Part shown: positions 26,501 through 33,961 of the stretch, piece after piece | Layout of the letters: each line of letters begins with the position of its first letter | Position numbering within the stretch: position 1 is the stretch's first letter | Source: a virus | Lineage: Duplodnaviria; Caudoviricetes | Length of the DNA stretch: 56,527 nt | Reading direction: 5' to 3' (one strand) | IMG/VR virus record: IMGVR_UViG_3300003888_000070 | Coordinates: 1 to 56,527 of that record | The notes under the pieces: model-generated | The model's database searches: none | What the model was told of the DNA's origin: nothing | What the model saw: the letters and a program-made list of their open reading frames with translations, nothing else | Program-made: the position numbers and the translations under genes

Positions 26501-28613
26501 CCGGGCGCGGCTCTTGCTGCGCAGCCGGTTCCGCCGCCTGCACCGTTTCCGGCGCGGCCCCGACTTCCACCAGCGGGATCTCATCGGTGACGCTGGCCGC
26601 CGGGGCCGGCTGCTGTTCAACCACGGCCTTGGGCTGACGCTGGCGCGAGGCCCTGCCCTCGGCCGGCTGCGGCTGGCCCACCGGCGTAACGCCGTCCAGA
26701 AAACCATCTATCTGGCCCGGGAACGGCGCGGCATGCCCTTCCTGGTAGCGCGCTTCCAGGTTGGCCGGATCGTAGAATTTCCGGGCCTGCTCTTCGGCTG
26801 CCACAATGGCCGGCACCAGGGCATCGCGCCTCAGCCGGCCGGGCTTCTCCACGCCAAGCGACGAAGCCATGTTGCGCAACTCGGAATAGGCCAGCCCGGA
26901 AAGTTCGGCCGCCCGGTCCACAGTCGCCTGCCCCGGTTCCGGCGCGGCCGCCGGCGTTTGCTGCGGCGGCGCGACCGGGGCCACGCCGTCCAGGAAGCCG
27001 TCGACTTGGCCCGGGAACGGCGCGGCATGGGATTCCCGATAGCGGGCGGCCACGGCCTCCGGTTCGTTCCAGCGCCGGGCCTGTTCTTCGGCTTGCAGTA
27101 CCGACGCCACCAGTTCGTCGCGCTTGACGCGCCCGGGCTTGGCGATGCCGAGCGCAGCAGCCAGGTCGTTGAGCTGGCTCTTGGACAACGCGGTCAGTTC
27201 GGCCCCGCGATCCGGCCCGGCCGGCGCGGCCGCGTCCTCGGGCAAGGGGACGGTCGCGTCCTGGGGCTGCTCGACCTGCTGCGCCGCAGCGGCCCGGGCC
27301 GCGTCGTCGTCGGCCAAAAAATCATTGAGCGGGAAGCCGCGGGTATCGCCCTGGCGGCGGCGCTGCTCGGCATTGAGTTCCAGCAGGGCGTCGCGCAGCC
27401 CGATGCTCGGATGCTCCTTGAAAAGCGTATCCGCCTGGGCATAAACCTGATTCAGATCGGCGTCGGACAAGTCCCGGTGGCCGCCGGCCTGCACGGCCTC
27501 AACCACCGTCTTGGCGTCACGCCGCGCCGCCCGCGCGCCGGGCATCACATGTTCGGCCGCATGGCCCAGGCCCAGGGTGGCCAGGGTCGTGACCGCCGTC
27601 TGCGGGCCGATTTCCCCAAACGCCTCGCCCCAGGTCGGCGCGTTCTCGCGCAATCCCTGTTTGGCTTCGATGGCGCCCTGTTCGTGTTGGGTCCAGGTTT
27701 CGGTCCCGAGTTCAACCGGCAGATCCATGCCGAGCTTCACGCCGGCCGAAGCCGCCGCCCGGGCTATGCCGTTTTTAATGAACGGCACATTCTCGACAAT
27801 CTTCCCCACCGGCGTCTTGATAATGCCCCAGGTCAGGGCGCTGCCCACGGCCTCGGGGACGGCTTCCCACATGCCGTAGAGCTGCGCATCGCTCTCTATG
27901 GCTTTCTTGGCGTCCGCCCACCGTTCTTCGCTCAGGTTCGGATCGGCTTTGAGCATCCGCTGCCGAATGTCCTCGACAAACTGATCCTTGGTGGCCCGAT
28001 AGCCAACGGCGCCGCCGGCCAGACCGGCCCCGACCGAACCAGCCACCACGCCGGCAAGGTTGCCAGCCCCGGGGATAACGGAACCGGCTGCGCCGCCGGC
28101 CAGTCCGCCCGCGACCATGGAGCCGGCCGAATAGCCCAGGTTCTGCAACCCGGCCTGGACGTCCTTGGCTTTGACGATGCCGAACAAATCCCTTTCGGCC
28201 TGTTCGGGCGGCAGGTTCCACCGCTCCAGGTCTTTCTGCTGTTCGGCGATCATTCGCCCGGCAGCCGTCTCCTCGGGATGCAATGGCACGTCGCCGCCGC
28301 GCAGCACTTCGGCCGCCGTCTTGGGCAGCACGTCGACCGCAGCGGAATAGAGGCCCTGGCCGATAACCTTGCCGGCCAGCTTCGTGTCTTCCCAGAATCC
28401 CGGCAGCCCGTATCCTTGCTGCGGCTGCTGCTTCGGCTGGCCTGCGGCGGCAAGCTGGCCGTCAAAGCCGTGCTGCTTGGCAAACTGGTCCAACGGCACG
28501 CCGGAAGCGGCGGAGCCGCTGCGTTCGTGCAGATCAGCGGCCACGTCGGCCAGGGAGGCGTTGCCGTAATACTCCGGATTTTCGGCGCGGTATCTGGCGA
28601 GATCGACGCCCAT
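17583..28613 (-). CDS. Giant polyvalent virion/ejected protein (3676 aa)
   Basis: LPD1-like region with AHEWYH zincin motif, second HEGRH motif, EEIQSDWHQ domain, MuF-C/PBECR-like segment (HGVSPEVLKQLPQALERP), repeated small helical modules; follows internal virion genes. Confidence 0.85.
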   Translation of the reverse strand: MGVDLARYRAENPEYYGNASLADVAADLHERSGSAASGVPLDQFAKQHGFDGQLAAAGQPKQQPQQGYGLPGFWEDTKLAGKVIGQGLYSAAVDVLPKTAAEVLRGGDVPLHPEETAAGRMIAEQQKDLERWNLPPEQAERDLFGIVKAKDVQAGLQNLGYSAGSMVAGGLAGGAAGSVIPGAGNLAGVVAGSVGAGLAGGAVGYRATKDQFVEDIRQRMLKADPNLSEERWADAKKAIESDAQLYGMWEAVPEAVGSALTWGIIKTPVGKIVENVPFIKNGIARAAASAGVKLGMDLPVELGTETWTQHEQGAIEAKQGLRENAPTWGEAFGEIGPQTAVTTLATLGLGHAAEHVMPGARAARRDAKTVVEAVQAGGHRDLSDADLNQVYAQADTLFKEHPSIGLRDALLELNAEQRRRQGDTRGFPLNDFLADDDAARAAAAQQVEQPQDATVPLPEDAAAPAGPDRGAELTALSKSQLNDLAAALGIAKPGRVKRDELVASVLQAEEQARRWNEPEAVAARYRESHAAPFPGQVDGFLDGVAPVAPPQQTPAAAPEPGQATVDRAAELSGLAYSELRNMASSLGVEKPGRLRRDALVPAIVAAEEQARKFYDPANLEARYQEGHAAPFPGQIDGFLDGVTPVGQPQPAEGRASRQRQPKAVVEQQPAPAASVTDEIPLVEVGAAPETVQAAEPAAQQEPRPALVEQSPAGVLPTGEVPLLAVGEKPAGDVAGQVRDVAGYPSVDTGQPQADIQGAQAAPAAEDLKARSKKELNALATTLGIERPVAIRRDDLVGRIEQARQAAGQDVAGQARDVAGYPPVDTGQPQADIQGAQAAPAAEDLKARSKKELNALATSLGIERPVAIRRDDLVGRIEQARQAAAGPGQEQPGAVGAPQTAKVWSGDTLREVPVVEHEGVKTINVMGQGMPPRYAVLNALAGSDEHQISQYSGNTPAEAVAAARRPPEPPHPMNAATRGQALQALTPDQQNALGKALGVKPGRKSRLGFLEAIFDTPELKLRAAYDAVVGEAEQPAKVGKAEGVAAGEVQGGVQDQAAVLPGDAGAAIEPSPAVEQNESSAAESRPEEAAGAATPEPSEKIGLALGEKIGGSRKDTAAPTGPRVRLPGKDDSVPAWKKRFVAVQVSETGFRSGEDKTYWSIADQKGTLRTGRFKFDSKEEAEAAIPLAAVSLKHRVTKRGDAWEIYRKVTDRKTVVIKDGFATEEDAKRYMAEHAEDILNTKTGFGEEILARPEKVFRKGAPRREGPAKGQDFLDAFGFRGVEFGEWNDQAERQEVLNHAYDGLLDLAEILNIPPKALSLNGDLALAFGSRGRGLSSAKAHYERDYGVINLTKLTGAGSLAHEWYHALDHYLGRQDTKASSEKVENKRGDQVFAASDAPSRDYLSHGASRKSQVREALRGAYEKLLGDIAYKAEQYKEDTEKAEQFVRRARGYLERSLKDIRAGLAEEAQWGRKRAPATAEQLARFDALAEQLLSGDNLALEMRSNEAGGRQRSRFGSYRSSNDILDGLAAIYKEVRGRSGFNAERTGPFNSLAANVQDFARRAKMLEDARSKTEKTKQIPTEYRRAAYLMDQGRTSDYWSEPHELAARAFSSYVEDRVAQDGGRSDFLVYGANNAMLEYRLFNVRPFPEGAEREAINAAFDKFFQTVKTKETGRGVAMFSRSGEFSAVSSSTDGTVAPVFYSQMQRVLEMPGMLPKSAPAEKMLAAIEKHVGKFKGVELEESGLKSWLSGLQERLVTRQDVLDEIATRQIDVVEVVKDVSPEDKTIEDAMRRRAEYIIDTPDWIDRYFPGVDPAYFDVLSREEKIEGLLESDVLASQVSGGNGKTQYSNYQSPGGNKYKELLLTLPDGAYATEHWDEEGVLAHIRFNERVDHDGKRVLHIEEIQSDWHQEGKRKGYRGEETVNEIQTKSGPAWEIRNANGDAIGFGDTREEALADADQNRGTAVDTGVPDAPFKNTSSWAMLAMKRMIRYAAEKGFDRVSWTPGEMQAARYDLSKQLDRVEYEAVYDEDSGNPTGEYEFIAYDRTGIEVVHEDEIPLSRIEELAGKEVADKIQRDEGRPTNRSPYRDWKALSGLDLKVGGEGMRGFYDQILPKEVAKYIKQFGGKVETARLPGVYEVVQGTDGSQWFVSDFSQGGQDGRDVAGPFGTEAKAQQALQELRGPEVWSFDLTDAMKRTAMKGQPLYRRGNGPTPPVSSPIARAVAAELRRGVAQFPALRGIVDVYQSEADMPADLREAVEDAGVSGRFHGAYDAETKRIALVAGNIPTVKAGQAAFVQTLLRHEGRHAGLDRVLGGSQEREEYMRKAAQAMPREVSRWLTRHGLDSTRQTRAEAAEEILVSWAKDGTVHRALDRLLSKIAAWVRSIFPTLELTRAELRQLLAQADDFVDGKGLDFIAPLGQPLNVAPAFSRGEGASWAQQVDDFLGNRFHPHERLDLGGTPPVIGLLGGHDLPLQMTQSKANKILKGADAGGKHGVSPEVLKQLPQALERPVVVLKSATWADSLVLVTELPHQGSFLVAAVHLNVREGRAEINEVASVHARGTQPQWVSNQIRDGGLLYRDKTKVPGWQRSFGLQLPTEMPTRDKRKIFTEVDLVKYEQGLPQKGSGPRFARTGDLAGVPEEKRDVATWLKDEASANVRSILAGVHGLSETGVLGKMVRSPEYWQHPVLKRLYETFRGRTDRAHELLHQAFDLGDGRTINQEAKVVLKDQKQRDILNEGVDYADVNEVGPEAMETWFAEHGANEATIGLWRTMRERYDMLLDERLASYRKLIDKARSGYERKIVRRLIDAGIPADAAKAFDAAGYNTDKTLADELAPYADEVKGVVAAARKAGVTIKGQLSDVKLHDENGTAFSFAEMVEKMGQLRGFYAPRLREAGDYVVRGQRTAADGTVERFRAHKEWRKSAEKLRTTMARDGWDMEPVGKLDKLPEATQGLIKTLELAKTVESAVNQVGEDVDAGLVGEILENLADEVKARGFRSQSIRRSGRHGDVVQGYFKDAVERFARYAGSTAYGLAKMEAAEKAAKVLFGTAETPGLDIKKERDTYRLAVDYLAENLRNAESGDRVFALAKSVASLKYLGLNPKSALVNLSSMATSVPAALHAYAMQGKGGWARVGREIARSMVDYLGRMTGKWGRFTADEQQLLDEIRRESLDDPQFAREALSVYRDTAGRGWSWLMGKSMLLFGATEQLNRGATLLAGYRLARAGGAGGAGHATAVARAREASDRAHGVYDRATQPTWTWGTGAGARVGQAWYVYKKYGHNYLQLVHELFARKDWQAATFALAAPAVLGGLGGHVLTSLAKALVAAGGGDDDPERWVYDFLVKNLGGGAEDLARFGLLGLATGADLSGSLGTMIDMPDTWTDVLGPVGGMAKDVLSAVGYLAGGQPGRAAEKALPSGVSKFLQAVRESNQGVTTGKNYPVIGEDGKPLRPTAGESVAKALGFRPLREARARDRTSEAITEERRFGDRRDRLYARFRAFALDGGRDAGERQALVEAVADYNQDVAEAGLAGRVAPITRESLLRQTERLSRPTKREQARLGGQTVAAPVVDAVDAGDIEGLSHPYYELRRTYLDAKGRYDALRDAGDMKGAMAVRSEMRLPRLRALVGRVQSIHADMAELRRLRLNDVVKARRMEILREREKREMDRAARVWGALAANGE
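25964..26420. repeat. Near-perfect 231-bp tandem duplication (2 x 77 aa) in the giant gene
   Basis: TGCTCGATCCGTCCCACCAG at 25981 and 26212; duplicated peptide LKARSKKELNALATxLGIERP. Confidence 0.92.
26679..27212. repeat. Diverged 294-bp (98-aa) duplication in the giant gene
   Basis: GGCCCGGGAACGGCGCGGCATG at 26714 and 27008; HAAPFPGQxDGFLDGV twice. Confidence 0.8.
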
Positions 28614-28615
28614 TT

Positions 28616-29569
28616 TTACAGCCCGCCCGCGCCGTTTCCGTACGGCATCCGGCCCGTTCGCTGCGGGCGGTATCGCTGCGAATCATCAAGATACGGAACC
28701 TTCGGGGCGTTTGGATCGTTGCCGCCCTTCAATCCGGCAATTCTCGCGCCCAACGAGGCGCTGTCAGGCGGACTGACGACCCGACGAACTTCATTGGTCG
28801 GTCTGTCCGTCGCATACGTCCGAGTCCCTTCCCGGTCTGGAACGAAGGCTTGCGGCGTATCGAGGTACGGAACGCGAGGGGCAGAGCCAGGCAGCCCGTA
28901 TCCCGGTTGTCCGCCTTGGCCGCTACCGGCAACCGAGGTTATCGCCGCCGGCGCAACCGCCGCCCCGCCCGGCAGGCCCAGCTCAGGCTGGGTCAATCCC
29001 TGTCCCATGCCGGCGGCAGGGCCAGACGGCAATCCAGTTGGCTGCATCCCCGTTCCCTGCGTGCCCATCCCTTGGGGCAACGCCGGGGGCGTGCTCAAGT
29101 ACTCACTGCCAGAAGCGTTTTTCGGCATGAGGAGATACGGTTTGGAACCTTTTTGCCTGGGGTCATGGTCCGGATTCGGCATCACATCAAATTGCGGCTG
29201 CATCATCGCCTGCGCCCGGGTCTTGGCATCTTCCAGTCCCCAGCCGCCCTGAATGTTGGCCACATTGGCCGTGTTCTGGCCGGCAATACGCTGTTGTTGC
29301 AGCCCAAACCCGCCACGCAGATTCTCCACATTGGCGGAATTCTGCCCGGCCAGGGCTGTCTGTTGCAGGCCAAACCCGCCCTGAATCTGCTGGGCGTCAA
29401 GTTGGGCCTGCGCGGTCAGCCGCGCCCGCTCCATGGCCGCCGCATCGGCCGCGCCCTGCATCTGCGGTCTCTGGGTCACGTCCTGGTTGGCCGTGTTGGC
29501 CTGCTGTTGCAGGATGTCGTATTTGCGCGCCAGGGCTTGCTGGAAAAACTGTTCGTCTTGAGCGGCCAT
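28616..29569 (-). CDS. Putative internal virion (ejection) protein
   Basis: Q/G/A-rich with 22-aa GGFGLQQ repeats; lies just before the giant gene. Confidence 0.65.
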   Translation of the reverse strand: MAAQDEQFFQQALARKYDILQQQANTANQDVTQRPQMQGAADAAAMERARLTAQAQLDAQQIQGGFGLQQTALAGQNSANVENLRGGFGLQQQRIAGQNTANVANIQGGWGLEDAKTRAQAMMQPQFDVMPNPDHDPRQKGSKPYLLMPKNASGSEYLSTPPALPQGMGTQGTGMQPTGLPSGPAAGMGQGLTQPELGLPGGAAVAPAAITSVAGSGQGGQPGYGLPGSAPRVPYLDTPQAFVPDREGTRTYATDRPTNEVRRVVSPPDSASLGARIAGLKGGNDPNAPKVPYLDDSQRYRPQRTGRMPYGNGAGGL

Positions 29570-29578
29570 AATTTCCCC

Positions 29579-31510
29579 CTACACGCTGGCGGTATAGTTG
29601 TAATTTTTGCTTTCGCCGTAGCTTGTGCTTCGCTGTGTGCTGGTGCTTGTGCTGGTCTGGGTGCTTTCAGATACCGAGTGCCCCTCGCTCACGGTATCGC
29701 CGTAGCTGGCCCCAAGACTGACGGCGGCGTGAACCATCGCTCCAGCCGAGGCGAATCCCTGGCCGGCCACCTGCGCCGCCGTGGCGGCCGCGCTCTTGCG
29801 CAGCTCGGCGACGGCCTGTCCCCATTGCAGGCTCAACCCGGCTTCTTTGATCGAAGCTTCCAGCCGGGCCGACCATTGCTGCACCCGGGCCAGGGCGTTT
29901 TGCACCTTGGCCTGATTTTCCGCCGACACGCCGCTGATGGTCGCCTGATGCAGCGCCACAAGGTTGGCCGCGTGCCGGGACACGGCTTCGGCCTGTCCGA
30001 GACGACCCTGCCAGACGGCTTGGTAGCCCTGCATTTCGGCCTGGAAGAGATTGACGTTGGAGGCATTGAGCTGGCCGGCGATGTTCGCCCGGATCTCGCC
30101 GATCCTGGCCGTGGCCGCCGCTGCCTCGACCTGGCTCTGGAAGGCCCGGGCCTGGACCTCGAACACATCGGCTTTTGCCTTTTCTCCGGTAATCCGCGCC
30201 ACCCGCGCGTTGATCTGGGCCGTTGAGGCATTCACGCGCGCGGCAAAGGCCTGGACGGAAGTTTCGTAGGCCTGGATGCGCGCCTTTTGCACCTCGGCCT
30301 TGACGGCCGCGCCCTCCATCCGGGCCTTGTAAATCTGGATGAGTTCGCCAACGGCCTGGACGCGGGCTACATAGAGAGCCACTTCCTGCTGGTTCAGCTC
30401 TCCCCGGACCCGCGCCCCCTCCATGGCCGTCTTGTAAGCCTCCAGCTCCGACAGGCTGGCCCGGATGCGGGCCTCGAGCACCGCCGCCTCGGCGTTGTAG
30501 GCAGCCACCTGGCAGTTAAACAGGGCCACCCGGGCGTCCACGTCCTGGTAGGCAGCGGCGACCGTGGCCTTGGCCGCCTCCAGCGCCCGGTTGTTGCCGG
30601 AATTCCAGACATCGAGGCACACCCCAACCACGGCAGCCAGTGCCTTTTCAATGACAAACTGCCGGTTCTGCACCGTCAGCTCGGCTTTTTTGGCCGTGAT
30701 CTGGTTGAGCAGCGCCTCCAAGGATTTTTCGGCGTCCTGCTCAATGAGGCGGATGCGCGCGTTATCCACGGCGGAAAGACGCTCGAAACCCCGGGCTGCG
30801 GCTTCGGCGTAAACTTCTTCCTTTTTGCGTTCCCGCTCATCGACAATCCACCGTTCCTGCTGGGCGAAGATGCCGGCCGTCTCCAGGATGGCCGACACGT
30901 TGCCGCCATGGAGCAGATCGTCGACCAGTTGCCCCTGCAACGCATCCCACAACGGCGACTCGAACTGCCCCTCGTTGTAGACAAACACCTGCCCCGGCGT
31001 GTCCATGGCCGGCAGCGTTGGCCGCACGCCCTCGAACTGCGGGATCACCAGCGAGGGCATGGCCGGGACGTCCACCTCGGACAGCGACGGCGCATCCGGC
31101 AGCGTGACGTCCGGATCGGCCGGCAGATCCACATCGGCCAACACCGGGGCCTCGCCGGGCGACTCCGGAAACACGATGTCGTCAAAGGTGGGGAATGCGA
31201 TCTCCGGCGGCACGGCGTTAAAAACCGGAACCGTGACGTCCGTGATTTCCGGCTGCACGAGCGACGGCGCAGTCGGCGCGGTCGGAGCCACGACGTCCGC
31301 CGCCGGCAATCCGGGAGCACTCGGCAGGGAGGCCAGCGACGCCCCCTCCGGCGCTTCCGGATAGGACACGGCCGGCATGGCCGGCATCAGCACGCCGGCC
31401 AGAAGTTGGCTGATGCCGGTCGTCACCGATGTATAGAGCTGTTGCTGGTATTGCAGCGCGCTCTGATGGATTTCCCCGACTTTCTGCCCGGCGGAATCAA
31501 TGCCGCTCAT
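29579..31510 (-). CDS. Putative internal virion protein (Pro-rich N-terminus, long coiled coil)
   Basis: Composition and position in the late operon. Confidence 0.7.
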   Translation of the reverse strand: MSGIDSAGQKVGEIHQSALQYQQQLYTSVTTGISQLLAGVLMPAMPAVSYPEAPEGASLASLPSAPGLPAADVVAPTAPTAPSLVQPEITDVTVPVFNAVPPEIAFPTFDDIVFPESPGEAPVLADVDLPADPDVTLPDAPSLSEVDVPAMPSLVIPQFEGVRPTLPAMDTPGQVFVYNEGQFESPLWDALQGQLVDDLLHGGNVSAILETAGIFAQQERWIVDERERKKEEVYAEAAARGFERLSAVDNARIRLIEQDAEKSLEALLNQITAKKAELTVQNRQFVIEKALAAVVGVCLDVWNSGNNRALEAAKATVAAAYQDVDARVALFNCQVAAYNAEAAVLEARIRASLSELEAYKTAMEGARVRGELNQQEVALYVARVQAVGELIQIYKARMEGAAVKAEVQKARIQAYETSVQAFAARVNASTAQINARVARITGEKAKADVFEVQARAFQSQVEAAAATARIGEIRANIAGQLNASNVNLFQAEMQGYQAVWQGRLGQAEAVSRHAANLVALHQATISGVSAENQAKVQNALARVQQWSARLEASIKEAGLSLQWGQAVAELRKSAAATAAQVAGQGFASAGAMVHAAVSLGASYGDTVSEGHSVSESTQTSTSTSTQRSTSYGESKNYNYTASV

Positions 31511-31513
31511 GCC

Positions 31514-31960
31514 CTACCCCCTGGCCCGGCGGCCGAGCGTTTCAACGTCGAGCACCACGCTGGAAACCTCAAAATCCGAACCGTCCCCCTCCAGTCGCCA
31601 CTGGACCTCGCGGCCGGCGTTGTCGCGGCCGATGGAAAACCGGCCGCCGCCCAGGGCCATGGCCTCGCGCCAATCGCCGTCGCCCGTGCGCGTGGACAGG
31701 GTCAGGCCGTCAATCTTCCGGCCTGTGATCGAGGCGGACCGCAGCCGCTTGTAGGCGTCGTCGCCGCCGTCCGTGCGCGGCCCTTCCAGGATCGACGGGA
31801 TCGGTTCGCCCGCGTCGTCGTCGCCGCCGATCAGGTACAGGCCGTCCGGGGCCGTGCCGTAGCGACGACCGCCGATGACCACAAAACTCGTGAACGGCTG
31901 GCCGGCGTGTTGGCTCACGGCGCCGGAGTCGGCCGCATAGGACAGGGTCAGGGTGCTCAT
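31514..31960 (-). CDS. Putative virion structural protein
   Basis: MSTLTLSY start with GAGGTG RBS, ATGA-coupled to the upstream gene. Confidence 0.6.
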   Translation of the reverse strand: MSTLTLSYAADSGAVSQHAGQPFTSFVVIGGRRYGTAPDGLYLIGGDDDAGEPIPSILEGPRTDGGDDAYKRLRSASITGRKIDGLTLSTRTGDGDWREAMALGGGRFSIGRDNAGREVQWRLEGDGSDFEVSSVVLDVETLGRRARG

Positions 31961-33339
31961 GACCACCTCTCGGAATCGTATTGGAGCGGATCGGACCAGG
32001 GGAAGGCCTGGACGGCATGGGCGCGGATTTCCAGCGGAGGCAGGCAAAGATCTCCCCGCGCCACGGATTCCGTGTGCGCCTTTGCAACTATCTGGAGCAT
32101 GGGGAGCGGCGCCCTGCCCCGGGCAATCGGTCCCTGGGAGGCCCGGGCGGTGAGCAGCAGCAACGGCAGATCGCATCTGCCATTGCAGACAGCTCCCTGC
32201 TTGGCCGTGGCCTTGATCACCAGCAGCGGCAGAGGGATATTTCCCGAAGCGAGATTTTCACTGCCGGCCGCGGCCAGGATTCCCAGCAGGGGCAGCGCCA
32301 GGGCTCCCCGGGCGGCATGGCCGCACCGCCCCTGGGCCGACAGGGCCGGAAGCCGCACCTCTCCACGCGCCCCGCTCCGCGCTTCCACGGAAAAATACGG
32401 CAGCGTCAGGACGCCGTGCGCCACATTCTGCTGGGTGGCCGTGGCCGTAATTTGCAGCATCGGCAGGGAAAACGACGCTCGGGCGCCTGTCCTTCCCTCC
32501 ACCGTGATGGACAGCCCGCCAAGCGGATCGACAAACAGATCAAGCCGGCCGGAAGCATGGTTGCCCGTCCTGGCGGCCACGGAGAGCGCCGGCAGCGGCA
32601 GCGTCCCGGACGCCCGATTGACTTCCAACTGGGAAAGGTAGCCGACGCTGTCCACCGCGCCAAACGTCGCGTGCGTCAGCACATAGCTGATCCGGGTATA
32701 GGAATCCGTCTTGTCGATCTGGCGGACGATCTGCCCGGCTTCGACGTCATAGGGCGACGGCTGCCAAGTCCATTCCAGCGGTATCCATTCCTCGTCAGAG
32801 AGCCGGCGATACATGACCCAGGCGTGGCCTATCTCGGTCAGGGCCGTGGTCATGGCCTTGCCGCAAGCGGTGCGAACGCGGTTGGGGTTGACGCCGGCAG
32901 CGAGCAGCAGGGCATGAATCAGGATGGCCCCGTCTTCGCAATCGCCGTACCGGCGCGTCCAGGTGGCCACCGCGCCGGTCCATCGGTCGCCGATGCCGCC
33001 TCCGTCGTTGATGTAGGTCAGCAAATTGCTGACAAAATAAACCACCGACATGGCGCGCTGGTCGTCGGTCTCGTCATAGGCGCAGATTTGGGCGGCAACC
33101 CGGGCCAGGGTTTGGTTGCCCTGCCGGAGCAGCGCGACAACCGCTGCGGCGGCGGCCCCGTTGTCGATGGGTTTGTCCAGACCGAAGGAGATGCCCTCGA
33201 CCGTGAGCAGCGGCAGGGTCAGGATGCCGGCCGGCGCCGTCCTGGCGCTGACAAACAGGGCCGGCAGCGCGGTTTCGTCGGCTGCCGGGACGATGGACAG
33301 CGCGTCCATCGTCTCGAAGTAGTCAAAGACGTTATCCAT
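31957..33339 (-). CDS. Transglutaminase-like Cys peptidase domain fused to LPxL repeats (tail-associated)
   Basis: GDCEDGA, GHAWV and PLE catalytic triad pattern; C-terminal ~20-aa repeats. Confidence 0.75.
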   Translation of the reverse strand: MDNVFDYFETMDALSIVPAADETALPALFVSARTAPAGILTLPLLTVEGISFGLDKPIDNGAAAAAVVALLRQGNQTLARVAAQICAYDETDDQRAMSVVYFVSNLLTYINDGGGIGDRWTGAVATWTRRYGDCEDGAILIHALLLAAGVNPNRVRTACGKAMTTALTEIGHAWVMYRRLSDEEWIPLEWTWQPSPYDVEAGQIVRQIDKTDSYTRISYVLTHATFGAVDSVGYLSQLEVNRASGTLPLPALSVAARTGNHASGRLDLFVDPLGGLSITVEGRTGARASFSLPMLQITATATQQNVAHGVLTLPYFSVEARSGARGEVRLPALSAQGRCGHAARGALALPLLGILAAAGSENLASGNIPLPLLVIKATAKQGAVCNGRCDLPLLLLTARASQGPIARGRAPLPMLQIVAKAHTESVARGDLCLPPLEIRAHAVQAFPWSDPLQYDSERWS

Positions 33340-33961
33340 TGGTCACCACAAAATACGGGTGCCTGACAACGTACGTCGGCATGCTGATATACGTCAGCGT
33401 CTTGTATTCATTGTCGGGAGTCGTGATCTTGATGACCGAGTTATGAACGAAGAGGAACCATTGCCCATAAAAGAAAATGTACTGCGGCAGCGGGTCAAAG
33501 GCATCGGAGTAGATGAATTCCCGAACCGCGAAGGCCGGCGGGAAGGCCAACGGATCGTCGCCGGAAGCGGCAACGCCGGTGGCGCAGTCAATGGTGGCGG
33601 CGCAGGCATCCTCGTTTCCTGCCGCGTCGTGCCGGACAAGGCGCTTGGCGGCATTAAAGCGCAGCGTCGTATCCAGCGCGTTCTCCCGATAAAAGCTCAT
33701 GACGCCGTCAAAGGAGACCTTGACCTGGAAATCGGCGTCGCCGCCCGTATCGGAATAGACCATCCGCAGTTCAGGCAACGGGCTGCCGGCGGCAACCACC
33801 CCCTGGACAAAGCCGCTGGCCGGCGTCTGCCTGAGCACCACCTTTGAACCACGGCTCGCGCCCGGTTTGACGACCGCAGCCTGCACGCCCAGACGGACAT
33901 CGAGCGCCTGGGGGAAATCCGCAAAGGCGCAGTGCAGGGAAGACGGATAGTTAAACCGCAT
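33332..33961 (-). CDS. Hypothetical tail-region protein
   Basis: MRFNYPSS start after GGAGGTG; overlaps both neighbours. Confidence 0.6.
   Translation of the reverse strand: MRFNYPSSLHCAFADFPQALDVRLGVQAAVVKPGASRGSKVVLRQTPASGFVQGVVAAGSPLPELRMVYSDTGGDADFQVKVSFDGVMSFYRENALDTTLRFNAAKRLVRHDAAGNEDACAATIDCATGVAASGDDPLAFPPAFAVREFIYSDAFDPLPQYIFFYGQWFLFVHNSVIKITTPDNEYKTLTYISMPTYVVRHPYFVVTNG

Noticed and set aside
25866-29252. 1128-aa plus-strand ORF, and similar long ones at 19260-20894, 30287-32641, 39710-41854, 42508-44538 and 48407-50074
   Set aside because: Antisense shadows of motif-bearing minus-strand genes in GC-rich DNA; no recognisable motifs
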